Origin: Candidatus Undivivens industriae
GTDB lineage: Bacteria > Omnitrophota > Gorgyraeia > Gygaellales > Profunditerraquicolaceae
Length of the DNA stretch: 64,000 nt
NCBI GenBank assembly: GCA_012514745.1
Contig: JAAYZR010000010.1
Coordinates: forward strand, 1,401 to 65,400
Reading direction: 5' to 3'
How positions within the stretch are numbered: position 1 is the first letter of the stretch; each line of letters opens with the position of its first letter. Of this stretch, positions 1 to 11,925 are shown one piece after another. A program made the position numbers and the translations under genes. The notes beneath the pieces are model-generated. The model was not told the origin of the DNA. It worked only from the letters and a program-made list of their open reading frames with translations, and did no database searches.

Positions 1-589
1 CCACGAACAAATAGGCGCCCACCGAATCGCAGATCTTGCGAAAACGCGCGAAGTCCATCTTGCGCGGATAGGCGGAAGCACCGGCCAGGATCATCTTAGG
101 CTTATGTTCCGCCGCCAGCTCTGCGATCCTGTCGTAATCGAGCATCTCGGTGTCTTTATCTACGCCGTAGGTGACTATTTTATAGAACCTGCCGGAGAAA
201 TTGTGCGGATGACCGTGGCTCAAATGCCCGCCGCAAGCCAGGTCCATCGCCAGCACGGTGTCTCCCGGGGCAAGCGCCGCCATATACACGGCCATATTGG
301 CGCTGGTGCCGGAATGCGCCTGGACGTTGGCGTGCTCGGCTCCGAAAAGCTCTTTCACCCTGCTGATTGCGATATCCTCCACGATATCTACGTTATGACA
401 CCCGCCGTACCAGCGCGCCGCCGGGTATCCCTCGGCGTACTTATTGGTCAACACCGATCCCTGCGCCTCCAGCACCGCCAGGGAAGTAAAATTCTCCGAG
501 GCTATCAACTCCAGGTTGTTCTCCTGTCTCTCGATCTCGTTCTTGACCGCGGCGTATATCTCCGGGTCGGCCGTTTTCAGATGTCTCAT
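1..589 (-). CDS. glyA: Serine hydroxymethyltransferase, 5' part (runs off window start)
   Basis: Manual translation from ATG 589 gives [34 protein letters not shown]...[17 protein letters not shown]...[11 protein letters not shown], which are hallmark SHMT motifs. The start overlaps the rpiB stop. Confidence 0.97.
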   Translation of the reverse strand, partial: MRHLKTADPEIYAAVKNEIERQENNLELIASENFTSLAVLEAQGSVLTNKYAEGYPAARWYGGCHNVDIVEDIAISRVKELFGAEHANVQAHSGTSANMAVYMAALAPGDTVLAMDLACGGHLSHGHPHNFSGRFYKIVTYGVDKDTEMLDYDRIAELAAEHKPKMILAGASAYPRKMDFARFRKICDSVGAYLFV

Positions 590-1050
590 CTTCTACCCCC
601 GCATATCTTTTTTTCTATTTCGCCTATTATTTTCAGCCGGCGTTCGTGCCTGCCTCCGGCAAAAGCAGTATTCATCCAGATCTCCGTTATCTTTCGCGCC
701 TCGGCGGCGCCGGAGAAAGAAGCGCCCAACACCAGCACGTTGCTGTCGTTATGCTCCCTGGAAAGCCGCGCCGCCGTCCTGTTACAGCAGAGCGCCGCGC
801 GTACGCCAGGGAAACGGTTCGCCACGATGGAATTTCCTATTCCGCTTTTGCAGATAAGTATCCCCCTGCGGTAGCGGCGGCGGGAAATAAGGCCGGCCAG
901 GGCCGCGGCGGTAACCGGATAATCACAGCTTTCTTCGGAATACGCGCCGAGGTCCTTGATGCGTATGCCGCGTTTCTTCAAGAAAATCTTCAGCTTCTCC
1001 TTCAGCGCGAAACCGCCGTGGTCGGAAGCTATCAAGAGCGCAGAATTCAT
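586..1050 (-). CDS. rpiB: Ribose-5-phosphate isomerase B
   Basis: [36 protein letters not shown] and FAGGRHERR motifs; rpiB-glyA synteny. Confidence 0.95.
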   Translation of the reverse strand: MNSALLIASDHGGFALKEKLKIFLKKRGIRIKDLGAYSEESCDYPVTAAALAGLISRRRYRRGILICKSGIGNSIVANRFPGVRAALCCNRTAARLSREHNDSNVLVLGASFSGAAEARKITEIWMNTAFAGGRHERRLKIIGEIEKKICGGRR

Positions 1051-2105
1051 ATCAATACCTCCACTTTAGCAACCGCTTCCTTTATCTGGGAAAATGTCTT
1101 TTTGTACAGATCAAGAGTCCCGCCGATCGGGTCCGGGATGTCGGCCTCTACCCCGCCGGTCCCGGCAAATTCCTTGAGCAGGAAGACCCTGTTCTTCGCC
1201 TCCGGAGCCATCTCCAGTATCCTTTCCTCGTGGAGCTTCTCCATTGGCAGGATTATATCCGCAGCCTTTATCATCACCGGAGTAAGCCTGCGAGCTTTGT
1301 GCCCCGAGACATCCATACCCTCTTCCGCCAGCACGCCGCGCGTGGCCTGCGTAGCTCCGCCGGAGACTGCCGATATCCCGGCGGAAAAAACATCGATTCC
1401 TTCATGCTTCTTTTCCGCGAGGAGCTTTTTCAGGAACGCCTCCGCCATCACTGAACGGCAGGAGTTACCGGTGCAGACAAAAAGCACAGTCTTGTTCTTC
1501 AGGGCGGTCATTATCTCTGCCGCGCTCAACGCCCCCTCTCTCAAGACGCGCGCCTCGCCGCCGGCAAGGTCCACCACGCTGGACTCTCTGCCTATCCGGC
1601 AGGGACCGGAATCCACCGCCATCTCAACCAGTCCGCCGAAATCCGATAAAGCGCCGGCGCATTCAAAAGGGGGCTCTTTACCGGACAAGTTGGCCGAAGG
1701 ACAGACGACCGGAACGCCGGCATATTCCAACAATGCGAGCGCCACGCGATGATCCGGCATCCTCACCCCGACGGTCCCGCCTTCCCTGCCTTTCAAAACC
1801 AGTGTCAACGGGCCCGGCCAGAAACGCGAAATAAGCTTGTATGCCCGCAAAGGTACTCCGGAAGCGAGATCTTCCGCCTGTGTGATGCCGCTTACCAGGA
1901 TAGAAAAAGGTTTGTCCGCCGGGCGCTTCTTTATTTCATACAGTTTTCTGACCGCCGCCGGGTCGAAAAAGTTCGCCGCTATACCATAAACCGTCTCAGT
2001 GGGAATGATCACCAGCCCGCCGGAGGCTATCAAAGAAGCGGCTTCCTCGAGGGCCCCGGGATGCGGATCGATTGCGTCTATGAACACCGTCTTGGTACGG
2101 CTCAT
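1047..2105 (-). CDS. tsaC: L-threonylcarbamoyladenylate synthase (TsaC/Sua5) fused to a C-terminal low-molecular-weight phosphatase domain
   Basis: N-terminal PTETVYG, KKRP, FWPGPLT and SANLSG motifs; C-terminal VLFVCTGNSCRS P-loop and IPDPIGG. Confidence 0.92.
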   Translation of the reverse strand: MSRTKTVFIDAIDPHPGALEEAASLIASGGLVIIPTETVYGIAANFFDPAAVRKLYEIKKRPADKPFSILVSGITQAEDLASGVPLRAYKLISRFWPGPLTLVLKGREGGTVGVRMPDHRVALALLEYAGVPVVCPSANLSGKEPPFECAGALSDFGGLVEMAVDSGPCRIGRESSVVDLAGGEARVLREGALSAAEIMTALKNKTVLFVCTGNSCRSVMAEAFLKKLLAEKKHEGIDVFSAGISAVSGGATQATRGVLAEEGMDVSGHKARRLTPVMIKAADIILPMEKLHEERILEMAPEAKNRVFLLKEFAGTGGVEADIPDPIGGTLDLYKKTFSQIKEAVAKVEVLI

Positions 2106-2593
2106 AAGGAAATCTGTATTTTCCCTATCTCTTCGCGCATCTTGGCGCGGAAAGTTTCCATCTTGCCCCTGATGCCCGCGTCTGACAACGCGAGTATCTC
2201 CAGCGCGAACACCGCCGCGTTCTTCGCGCCCCCCGCGCCTACAGCCATACAGGCCACAGGTATGCCGGAAGGCATCTGCACAGTGGAAAGCAGGGAATCC
2301 ACTCCCCGCAGACTGCTTGTCTCCACCGGGATGCCGATCACAGGAAGCAGGGTATGGCCGGCGATTGCCCCGGCAAGGGCGGCCGAGCCTCCTGCCGCGG
2401 CGATGAATACCGATACCCCGCGCTCCGGCGCCGACTCCACGTAAGCCGCCAGTTCTTTGGGAGTGCGATGGGCCGACAGAACCTTAACCTCCGGCTCTAT
2501 GCCGAACTCTTTAAGCAGTTCTACGGCGGGCCGCACTGTTTCCAGATCGGACTTACTGCCCATAAGCACGCTGACCGTATTCTTCATCTTCAT
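2102..2593 (-). CDS. purE: N5-CAIR mutase / AIR carboxylase
   Basis: MGSKSD, SAHRTP, PVIGIP and VQMPSGIPVA motifs. Confidence 0.96.
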   Translation of the reverse strand: MKMKNTVSVLMGSKSDLETVRPAVELLKEFGIEPEVKVLSAHRTPKELAAYVESAPERGVSVFIAAAGGSAALAGAIAGHTLLPVIGIPVETSSLRGVDSLLSTVQMPSGIPVACMAVGAGGAKNAAVFALEILALSDAGIRGKMETFRAKMREEIGKIQISL

Positions 2594-2640
2594 CCCTTTC
2601 TTATAAAATATTTCTCATCTATTATACGCGCGGTTTCGGA

Positions 2641-3909
2641 TCAAGCGGACTTCGCCGCTATATCACGGCGGTAATGCATTCCTTCAAAATCTATCTCCCC
2701 GGCAGCGGAATAGGCGGAGGCGGCGGCTTCCTTGATATCGCGCCCCAGAGCGCTGACCCCCAGCACCCTTCCCCCGTCGCTCAAACACCTGCCTCCGGCG
2801 AGCCTGGTGCCGGAATGAAAAACTGCCACGTCTCCGCGCCCGGCGAGCCGCTGGAGCCCTTTTATCTCCATTCCCTTCGAATATTCCCCCGGGTAACCTC
2901 CGGAAACAAGCACCACACAGACGCATGCCCGCTCGTCCCATTCCAGCTCCGGTGCCTCCGGCAATTTACGGCGGCTGACAGCCAGCAGCGCTTCCGCCAG
3001 ATCACTCTTCATACGCGGCAGGATCGCCTGCGTCTCCGGGTCGCCGAAACGCACGTTGAATTCCAGCACCTTCGGTCCTTCGGCGGTAAGCATGATCCCG
3101 GCATAAAGCACCCCGCGGTAATCCAGACCTTCCTTACGCAATCCTTCCATGGCGGGCAGGAGTACCGTCCGGTTTATCTCCTCCTGCTGCGCGCAAGAAA
3201 GAAAAACCGCCGGAGAATAAGCGCCCATGCCCCCGGTATTAGGCCCTTTGTCGTTGTCGAAAACACGTTTGTGATCCTGGCTGGAAGCCAAAGACACTAT
3301 TTTTTGCGTATCCGTGAATGCGAGGATGGATACCTCCCTGCCTTCGAGGCATTCCTCGATGATTATCTTTTCCCCGGCAGGGCCGAATATCCTGCGCCTC
3401 ATTATATCGTCCACCGCCGCCAGCGCCTCGCCGAGTCCGGCAGGAATAATCACGCCTTTGCCGGCGGCCAGGCCGTCGGCCTTGATCACGCGCGGACCGC
3501 CGCATTCGCGCAAATACCCCGACGCCTTATCCGGATCGTCGAAAACCTGGAAAGAGGCGGTAGGTATGCCGTGCCTGGACATGAACCGTTTGGCGTAAAC
3601 CTTACTGGATTCCAACCGCGCTGCCTGTTCGTCCGGGCCGAAGATATCCAGCCCGCGGCCGCGGAACGTTCCGGCGATCCCGGCGGCAAGCGAAACTTCC
3701 GGGCCGACCACGGTTAATGCTATCTTTTCCTTCAGAGCGAAAGACAACAATCCGTCCACGTCGTCGGCTTTTACCGGGACGCATTCCGCTACGGAAGCGA
3801 TCCCTCCGTTGCCGGGAGCGCAGAATATCTTCTCGACCGAAGGCGACTGCGCCAGTTTCCAGCAGATTGCGTGCTCTCTACCCCCGGATCCGACCACGAG
3901 TACTTTCAT
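2641..3909 (-). CDS. purD: Phosphoribosylamine-glycine ligase
   Basis: GSGGREHA, KADGLAAGKGV, DHKR, GPNTGGMG and EFNVRFGDPE motifs. Confidence 0.98.
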   Translation of the reverse strand: MKVLVVGSGGREHAICWKLAQSPSVEKIFCAPGNGGIASVAECVPVKADDVDGLLSFALKEKIALTVVGPEVSLAAGIAGTFRGRGLDIFGPDEQAARLESSKVYAKRFMSRHGIPTASFQVFDDPDKASGYLRECGGPRVIKADGLAAGKGVIIPAGLGEALAAVDDIMRRRIFGPAGEKIIIEECLEGREVSILAFTDTQKIVSLASSQDHKRVFDNDKGPNTGGMGAYSPAVFLSCAQQEEINRTVLLPAMEGLRKEGLDYRGVLYAGIMLTAEGPKVLEFNVRFGDPETQAILPRMKSDLAEALLAVSRRKLPEAPELEWDERACVCVVLVSGGYPGEYSKGMEIKGLQRLAGRGDVAVFHSGTRLAGGRCLSDGGRVLGVSALGRDIKEAAASAYSAAGEIDFEGMHYRRDIAAKSA

Positions 3910-3910
3910 C

Positions 3911-4780
3911 TTAAGCGTCTTTGGCCTCTCTTTTCAAAGGCAGGATGCCGGCCATCTCGCCGATCACATTCACCAGTTCCGTGCCGCCCGGCACCACCAC
4001 TTTGGTATTGTTCTGCAGTGCTTTTTCCACCGCCTCCAGTTTACGCAGCACCTGGGCGTTGCCGACGAAATACTTCTCCGCGGCCTCGTTCACCACCATG
4101 ATCGCCTCAGCCTCGCCCTGCGCCTCCAGTATGCGGGACTGTTTGATCCCCTCCGCCTTCTTTATCTGCGCCCTCTTCTCGCCGTCTGCGACGGTCTCGG
4201 CGGCGGTGGCGTAGTCGACGGCGGCGATCTTCTCGTTCTCCGCCTTGACCACTTTGTTCATCGTCTCCTGCACGTCCTTAGGCGGGTCTATCTCTTTCAA
4301 TTCGGTCCTGACTATCTCTATCCCCCAATTGGAGGTCTCGGTCATCAAAGTGCTGTGCAGTTCGTCGTTTATCTTGCCGCGCTCGCTGTTGGCCGACTTC
4401 AAAGTAAGCGTGCCGATGATGTTGCGAAGGGTGGTCCTGGCCAGGTTGACTATCTGGTATTGGTAGTTGTTGACGTTGTAAAGCGAACTCTTGACGCTCT
4501 GCTCTTCAGACTTAACCTTGAAATACACCTGCGCGTCCACACGCGCGTTCAGATTATCGAAGGTGATGATCTCCTGGGGAGCTGCGTCAACCATCTGCTC
4601 GGTAACGTTCACCAGGTACATGTTCTCTATGACCGGTATGATCCAGTGGAAACCGGGCTCGGCGAAGCGGGAGTATTTACCCAGACGCTCTATCAGCCCG
4701 CGGTGCGTGGGACGGATGATCCGTATTCCGGAGATAAAAATAAACACTGCCGCGGCTATGGCCAGATAAACGTTATTCAT
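3911..4780 (-). CDS. SPFH/band 7 (stomatin/QmcA-like) membrane protein
   Basis: N-terminal TM segment, IERLGKY, QEIITFDN and LARTTLRNIIG motifs, AEGxKQ coiled-coil; GGAGG RBS before ATG 4780. Confidence 0.9.
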   Translation of the reverse strand: MNNVYLAIAAAVFIFISGIRIIRPTHRGLIERLGKYSRFAEPGFHWIIPVIENMYLVNVTEQMVDAAPQEIITFDNLNARVDAQVYFKVKSEEQSVKSSLYNVNNYQYQIVNLARTTLRNIIGTLTLKSANSERGKINDELHSTLMTETSNWGIEIVRTELKEIDPPKDVQETMNKVVKAENEKIAAVDYATAAETVADGEKRAQIKKAEGIKQSRILEAQGEAEAIMVVNEAAEKYFVGNAQVLRKLEAVEKALQNNTKVVVPGGTELVNVIGEMAGILPLKREAKDA

Positions 4781-4919
4781 TTTCACTCCTCCTTAATTGT
4801 GTCCGGTAACGGTTAAGACAACGAAGCCCGTATCGGACAAGTGGTCTCTCTTTTGGCAATTCCCCTTCTCCTTGCGGGACGATATTCAAGGCCGAGAACG
4901 GGCAATACCTGCTCCGCAA

Positions 4920-5951
4920 TCAAATGACGGATACCTTCCTACAGCCCGTGACGATCTCTCCTATCTTCCAACTCCTGACCCCCCGCAAGGCGAGGAAGGA
5001 ACAGATGTCTCCGCAAGCCGCGGGCTCCGCAATAATTACCATGCCCACGCCCATATTGAGCGTGCGGAACATCTCGCCGTCTTCCACATTACCCTTGTTC
5101 TGAATGAGCTTGAATATCTTGGGCACCGCCCAGGAATTCCTGTTGATCCTGGCGTCAAGGCCGGCGGGAAGTATTCTGGCGATCTTGTCGTAAAAAGCTC
5201 CGCCGGTGATATTGGCGATGCCGTGGACCGGCCTGCCGGCGTTCTTGGCCCTGGGATTGAATGAAGCGTCGTTCAACAAAGCCAGCACCGGTTTGACATA
5301 GATACGCGTGGGTTTCAGAAGTTCCGCGTGCATTCTCTTCTGCTCCTGAAGAGAAAGCACCTTGCGCACCAGAGAATAACCGTTGGAATGGAGGCCGCTC
5401 GACTCCAGGCCGATGACCGCGTCCCCGGCCCTTATCGCGCTCCCGTCGATCAGCTTGTCTCTTTCAGCCACACCTACGCAGAAACCTGCCAGGTCGTACT
5501 CGCCGCAGCGGTATATACCGGGCATCTGCGCGGTCTCGCCTCCGATCAAAGAACAACCGGACTGCACGCACCCTTCATTGATACCCTTCACTATATCGTA
5601 AAGCGTCTCCGGCTCCAGGCTGCTGTAAGCGATGTAATCAAGGAAGAACAACGGTTCGGCGCCGGTGCAAAGGATATCGTTGACGTTCATCGCCACCAAG
5701 TCGATGCCCACGGTGGCGTGCCTGCCGGCAAACACGGCGATCTTCAATTTTGTGCCCACGCCGTCGGCTGAAGAAACCAGCACCGGCTCGCGGAATTTGT
5801 CCTTGCCGATGCGGAAAAGACTGCCGAAACCGCCGATGTCGGCGATAACCTCCGGCCGGAAAGAACGCCTCACCAGCGTTTTTATTTTTCCCTTGAAAAC
5901 CGACGCCTTGTCTATATCCACGCCCGCCTGCTTATAAGTTACTTTTTTCAT
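4920..5951 (-). CDS. purM: Phosphoribosylformylglycinamidine cyclo-ligase
   Basis: YKQAGVDI, DGVGTK, GGETAQMPG, GLHSNGYS and TLNMGVG motifs. Confidence 0.98.
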   Translation of the reverse strand: MKKVTYKQAGVDIDKASVFKGKIKTLVRRSFRPEVIADIGGFGSLFRIGKDKFREPVLVSSADGVGTKLKIAVFAGRHATVGIDLVAMNVNDILCTGAEPLFFLDYIAYSSLEPETLYDIVKGINEGCVQSGCSLIGGETAQMPGIYRCGEYDLAGFCVGVAERDKLIDGSAIRAGDAVIGLESSGLHSNGYSLVRKVLSLQEQKRMHAELLKPTRIYVKPVLALLNDASFNPRAKNAGRPVHGIANITGGAFYDKIARILPAGLDARINRNSWAVPKIFKLIQNKGNVEDGEMFRTLNMGVGMVIIAEPAACGDICSFLALRGVRSWKIGEIVTGCRKVSVI

Positions 5952-6004
5952 AAACCGGTTCTCTCCTTAATCAATCTCTCCAGGCTTCAAGCCGGGGAAG
6001 GGGA

Positions 6005-7447
6005 TTAAACGCCGCCCTGCCCGCAGCAGTGCCTTTCGATGGCTAATTTACCGGCCATCTTTTCCACCGGTAAAGGATACTTACCGCTCCAGCAGGCGGT
6101 GCAGTAATAACCTGGAGGATTCCTCAAACACCCCAGCATGCCGGAGAGACTCAAATAACCGAGGGTATCCACTTCAAGGTATTTACGCACCTGGTCCAGC
6201 GACTGGTATTTATTGGCTATCAATTCGCTGGGGCGGTTGAAATCTATGCCGTAGAAACAGGGAAATTTGTGCGGAGGGCAGGATATCATCATATGCACCT
6301 CCTTGACTCCGGCCTGGCGCAGGTTGCGCACGCGGATCCGGGAAGTGGTCCCCCTGACGATGGAATCATCGACTATGACAACCTTCTTGCCGCGCAGGAC
6401 GGTCTTGAGCAGGTTGAATTTTACCTTTACTCCCATCTCCCTGGAGTCCTGCGCCGGCTGTATGAACGTCCTGCCGACGTAATGGTTCCTGATTATCCCC
6501 ATCTCAAGCGGTATGCCGGAAGCGGAGGCGTATCCCATGGCGGCCGAAAACCCGGAATCCGGAACCGGGATCACCAGGTCGGCCTTGATCGGGTATTCCA
6601 CAGCGAGGCGCTCGCCGAGCTTTCTCCTGACCAGATGCACGTTATCGGAAAAAACCGTGGAATCCGGCCTGGAGAAATAAACGTGCTCGAAAGTGCAAAA
6701 AGCGTATTTCTTGGTATGATGCAAATGCGAAGGCCGCACCGAACGGAAGCCGTTTTTATCGATGATGGCGATCTCCCCCGGTTCGAGTTCGCGCACGAAC
6801 CTCGCTCCGATAAGATCGAAAGCGCAGGTTTCAGAGGCCAGGCACCAGGCGCCGCCGGCTTTCCCGAGGGACAACGGCCTGAAACCGAGCGGATCACGCA
6901 CTCCGACCAAAGAATCATTGTTCATCAACAGCAACGAATACGCCCCTTTTATCCTGCGCAGGGCGTAAACCAGGCTCTCGATGAAATCGCCGCTCTGCGC
7001 CCTCGCCATAAGCTGAATGATGATCTCGGAATCCGTAGTGGTCTGAAATATGGAACCGCGCCTTTCCAGGTATCTGCGCAGTTCGAGCGAGTTCACCAGG
7101 TTGCCGTTATGGGCGATGCAGACCGTGCCTTTGGCGTAATCTATGAGCAGCGGCTGAGCGTTCTTCAATACGCTGGAACCGGTGGTGGAATAACGCACGT
7201 GCCCCACCGCGCAGTTGCCTTTCAACTTATGGAACACATCAGGAGTAAAGACGTCGCTCACCAGCCCCATTCCTTTGTGCACAGAGAGACGGCCGTCGGA
7301 CGCGGTCACTATGCCGCATGACTCCTGGCCCCGGTGCTGCAGGGCGTAGAGCCCCATATAAGTCAGCCAGGACGCCTGTTTATGCCCGAAAATACCGAAC
7401 AGACCGCAGAACTCTTTCGGTGAATCGTCAAAGCAATTTCCGCGCAT
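6005..7447 (-). CDS. purF: Amidophosphoribosyltransferase
   Basis: Propeptide followed by CGLFG; LQHRGQE, GHVRYSTTG and VDDSIVRGTT motifs; Fe-S cysteines. Confidence 0.98.
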   Translation of the reverse strand: MRGNCFDDSPKEFCGLFGIFGHKQASWLTYMGLYALQHRGQESCGIVTASDGRLSVHKGMGLVSDVFTPDVFHKLKGNCAVGHVRYSTTGSSVLKNAQPLLIDYAKGTVCIAHNGNLVNSLELRRYLERRGSIFQTTTDSEIIIQLMARAQSGDFIESLVYALRRIKGAYSLLLMNNDSLVGVRDPLGFRPLSLGKAGGAWCLASETCAFDLIGARFVRELEPGEIAIIDKNGFRSVRPSHLHHTKKYAFCTFEHVYFSRPDSTVFSDNVHLVRRKLGERLAVEYPIKADLVIPVPDSGFSAAMGYASASGIPLEMGIIRNHYVGRTFIQPAQDSREMGVKVKFNLLKTVLRGKKVVIVDDSIVRGTTSRIRVRNLRQAGVKEVHMMISCPPHKFPCFYGIDFNRPSELIANKYQSLDQVRKYLEVDTLGYLSLSGMLGCLRNPPGYYCTACWSGKYPLPVEKMAGKLAIERHCCGQGGV

Positions 7448-8210
7448 AGCGCACTCCGTTCTTGAAGATTAATATGCCGTCCGATTCCGCGGACTTACGC
7501 CCTCCCTCTCCCAGCGGATGCTGGGACGATTGCACGTGCCGTTCCGGATGGGGCATCAATCCGAATATCCTGCCGGTGGCGTCGCAGATACCGGCGATGT
7601 CCGCCTGCGAACCGTTGGGGTTAGCGGGATACACCGCCGCCGAACCGTCCTCATTGCAGTAAGTAACCGCCGCCTGTTTTTTGTCCAGTATGCAGCGCAA
7701 AGACGCCGTGTCGGCGGCCATGAACTTCCCCTCCCCGTGGGCCACCGGCAGATAAATCACCCTCCCTATGCCTTCGGTCCAGACACAAACCGACTCGGGG
7801 ATCCGCAGATGAACCCAGCGCGCCTCGAACTTGCTTGAATCATTGATCACCAGACTGGCTTCCTGCTTCCACTGCGCGTTCCCCGGCAGCAACCCGCTTT
7901 TCACCAGTATCTGAAAACCGTTGCAAATGCCGATCACCAGCTTCCCGGCGGAGATGAACCTCTCCACGCTATCACGAAGCTTACAGCGCAGTTCGTTGGC
8001 CAGGACTTTGCCGGCGGCGATGTCGTCGCCGTAAGAAAAACCCCCGGGCAGGGCCAAGATGTGATAATCATCCAGCTTGCGCCCGCCCGCCGCGAGGACA
8101 TTGACGTGCACAAGCTCCGCCTGCGCCCCGGAGAGCTCGAATGCGAAAGCTGTCTCCGCGTCGCAATTCGTGCCGGCGGTCCTCAATATACATACTCTCG
8201 GTTTCTTCAT
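7428..8210 (-). CDS. purQ: FGAM synthase glutaminase subunit
   Basis: GTNCD, PGGFSYGD, GICNGFQ, AHGEG, NPNGS and MPHPER motifs. Confidence 0.97.
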   Translation of the reverse strand: MKKPRVCILRTAGTNCDAETAFAFELSGAQAELVHVNVLAAGGRKLDDYHILALPGGFSYGDDIAAGKVLANELRCKLRDSVERFISAGKLVIGICNGFQILVKSGLLPGNAQWKQEASLVINDSSKFEARWVHLRIPESVCVWTEGIGRVIYLPVAHGEGKFMAADTASLRCILDKKQAAVTYCNEDGSAAVYPANPNGSQADIAGICDATGRIFGLMPHPERHVQSSQHPLGEGGRKSAESDGILIFKNGVRYARKLL

Positions 8211-8248
8211 ACAGGTTTCCCGTTCCTATATCCCTTATCCCTCTAACG

Positions 8249-8917
8249 TCAACGCCTCCGCGCTTTGCTTCCGCGGCGGTAGAACTCCCGGATGACGCGC
8301 ACCGCCTGGGCGGGCGTATCCGCGACCTTGAATATCTCCAGTTCGCTTTTGTCCACATTCCCTTTCGCCACCACCGTCTCCTTGAGCCAGTCCAGCATAC
8401 CCTGCCAGTAGGCGCGCCCGAAAAGCACCACCGGGAATCTGGAGATGCGCCCGGTCTGGATCAGGGTCACGGCTTCGAAGAATTCGTCCATTGTTCCGTA
8501 CCCGCCCGGCATGATCACGAAAGCGCTGGCGTATTTGACGAACATAACCTTGCGCACGAAGAAATAATGGAACTCCAGCAAGGTGTCGACGTAACGGTTT
8601 GCCTTCTGCTCGGAAGGTATCTGGATATTCAGACCGATCGATTTGCCTTTGGCCCTGCGCGCCCCTTTATTGGCGGCCTCCATTATGCCGCCGCCGCTGC
8701 CGGTGATCACCGCGAATCCCGACTTCGCCAGCAGATAAGCGGTCTCTTCCGCCAGTTTATAATACTTGTCCTGGGCGCCGGTCCGGCTGGAGCCGAAAAT
8801 GGACACGGCTTTCTTAAGAGAGCTCAATATCTCGAACCCCTCGACGAACTCCGACATTATACGGAACACGCGCCAGGGATCTTCCTTCACGAAATTGTCG
8901 TCGCTGTTTTTCGCCAT
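8249..8917 (-). CDS. LOG-family nucleotide phosphoribohydrolase (TIGR00730-like)
   Basis: WRVFRIMSEF, FGSSR, GIMEAAN, FFVRKVMF and PGGYGTMDE motifs. Confidence 0.9.
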   Translation of the reverse strand: MAKNSDDNFVKEDPWRVFRIMSEFVEGFEILSSLKKAVSIFGSSRTGAQDKYYKLAEETAYLLAKSGFAVITGSGGGIMEAANKGARRAKGKSIGLNIQIPSEQKANRYVDTLLEFHYFFVRKVMFVKYASAFVIMPGGYGTMDEFFEAVTLIQTGRISRFPVVLFGRAYWQGMLDWLKETVVAKGNVDKSELEIFKVADTPAQAVRVIREFYRRGSKARRR

Positions 8918-8918
8918 T

Positions 8919-11831
<2,913 letters not shown>

Positions 11832-11925
11832 TTTAAGGAGTTATTTTATCCGCGCGATATTACGGCGGGCAAGACTTCGCGGTTGTTCTCTCTATCTAAA
11901 ATGAACCCGGCCTCTCCGGACAGGG

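Noticed and set aside
5974-6006. Hairpin TCTCCAGGCTTCAAGCCGGGGA between purF and purM, resembling IS200/IS605 or REP hairpins
   Set aside because: It is a single short imperfect palindrome with no transposase or second end, which is too little to call an element.
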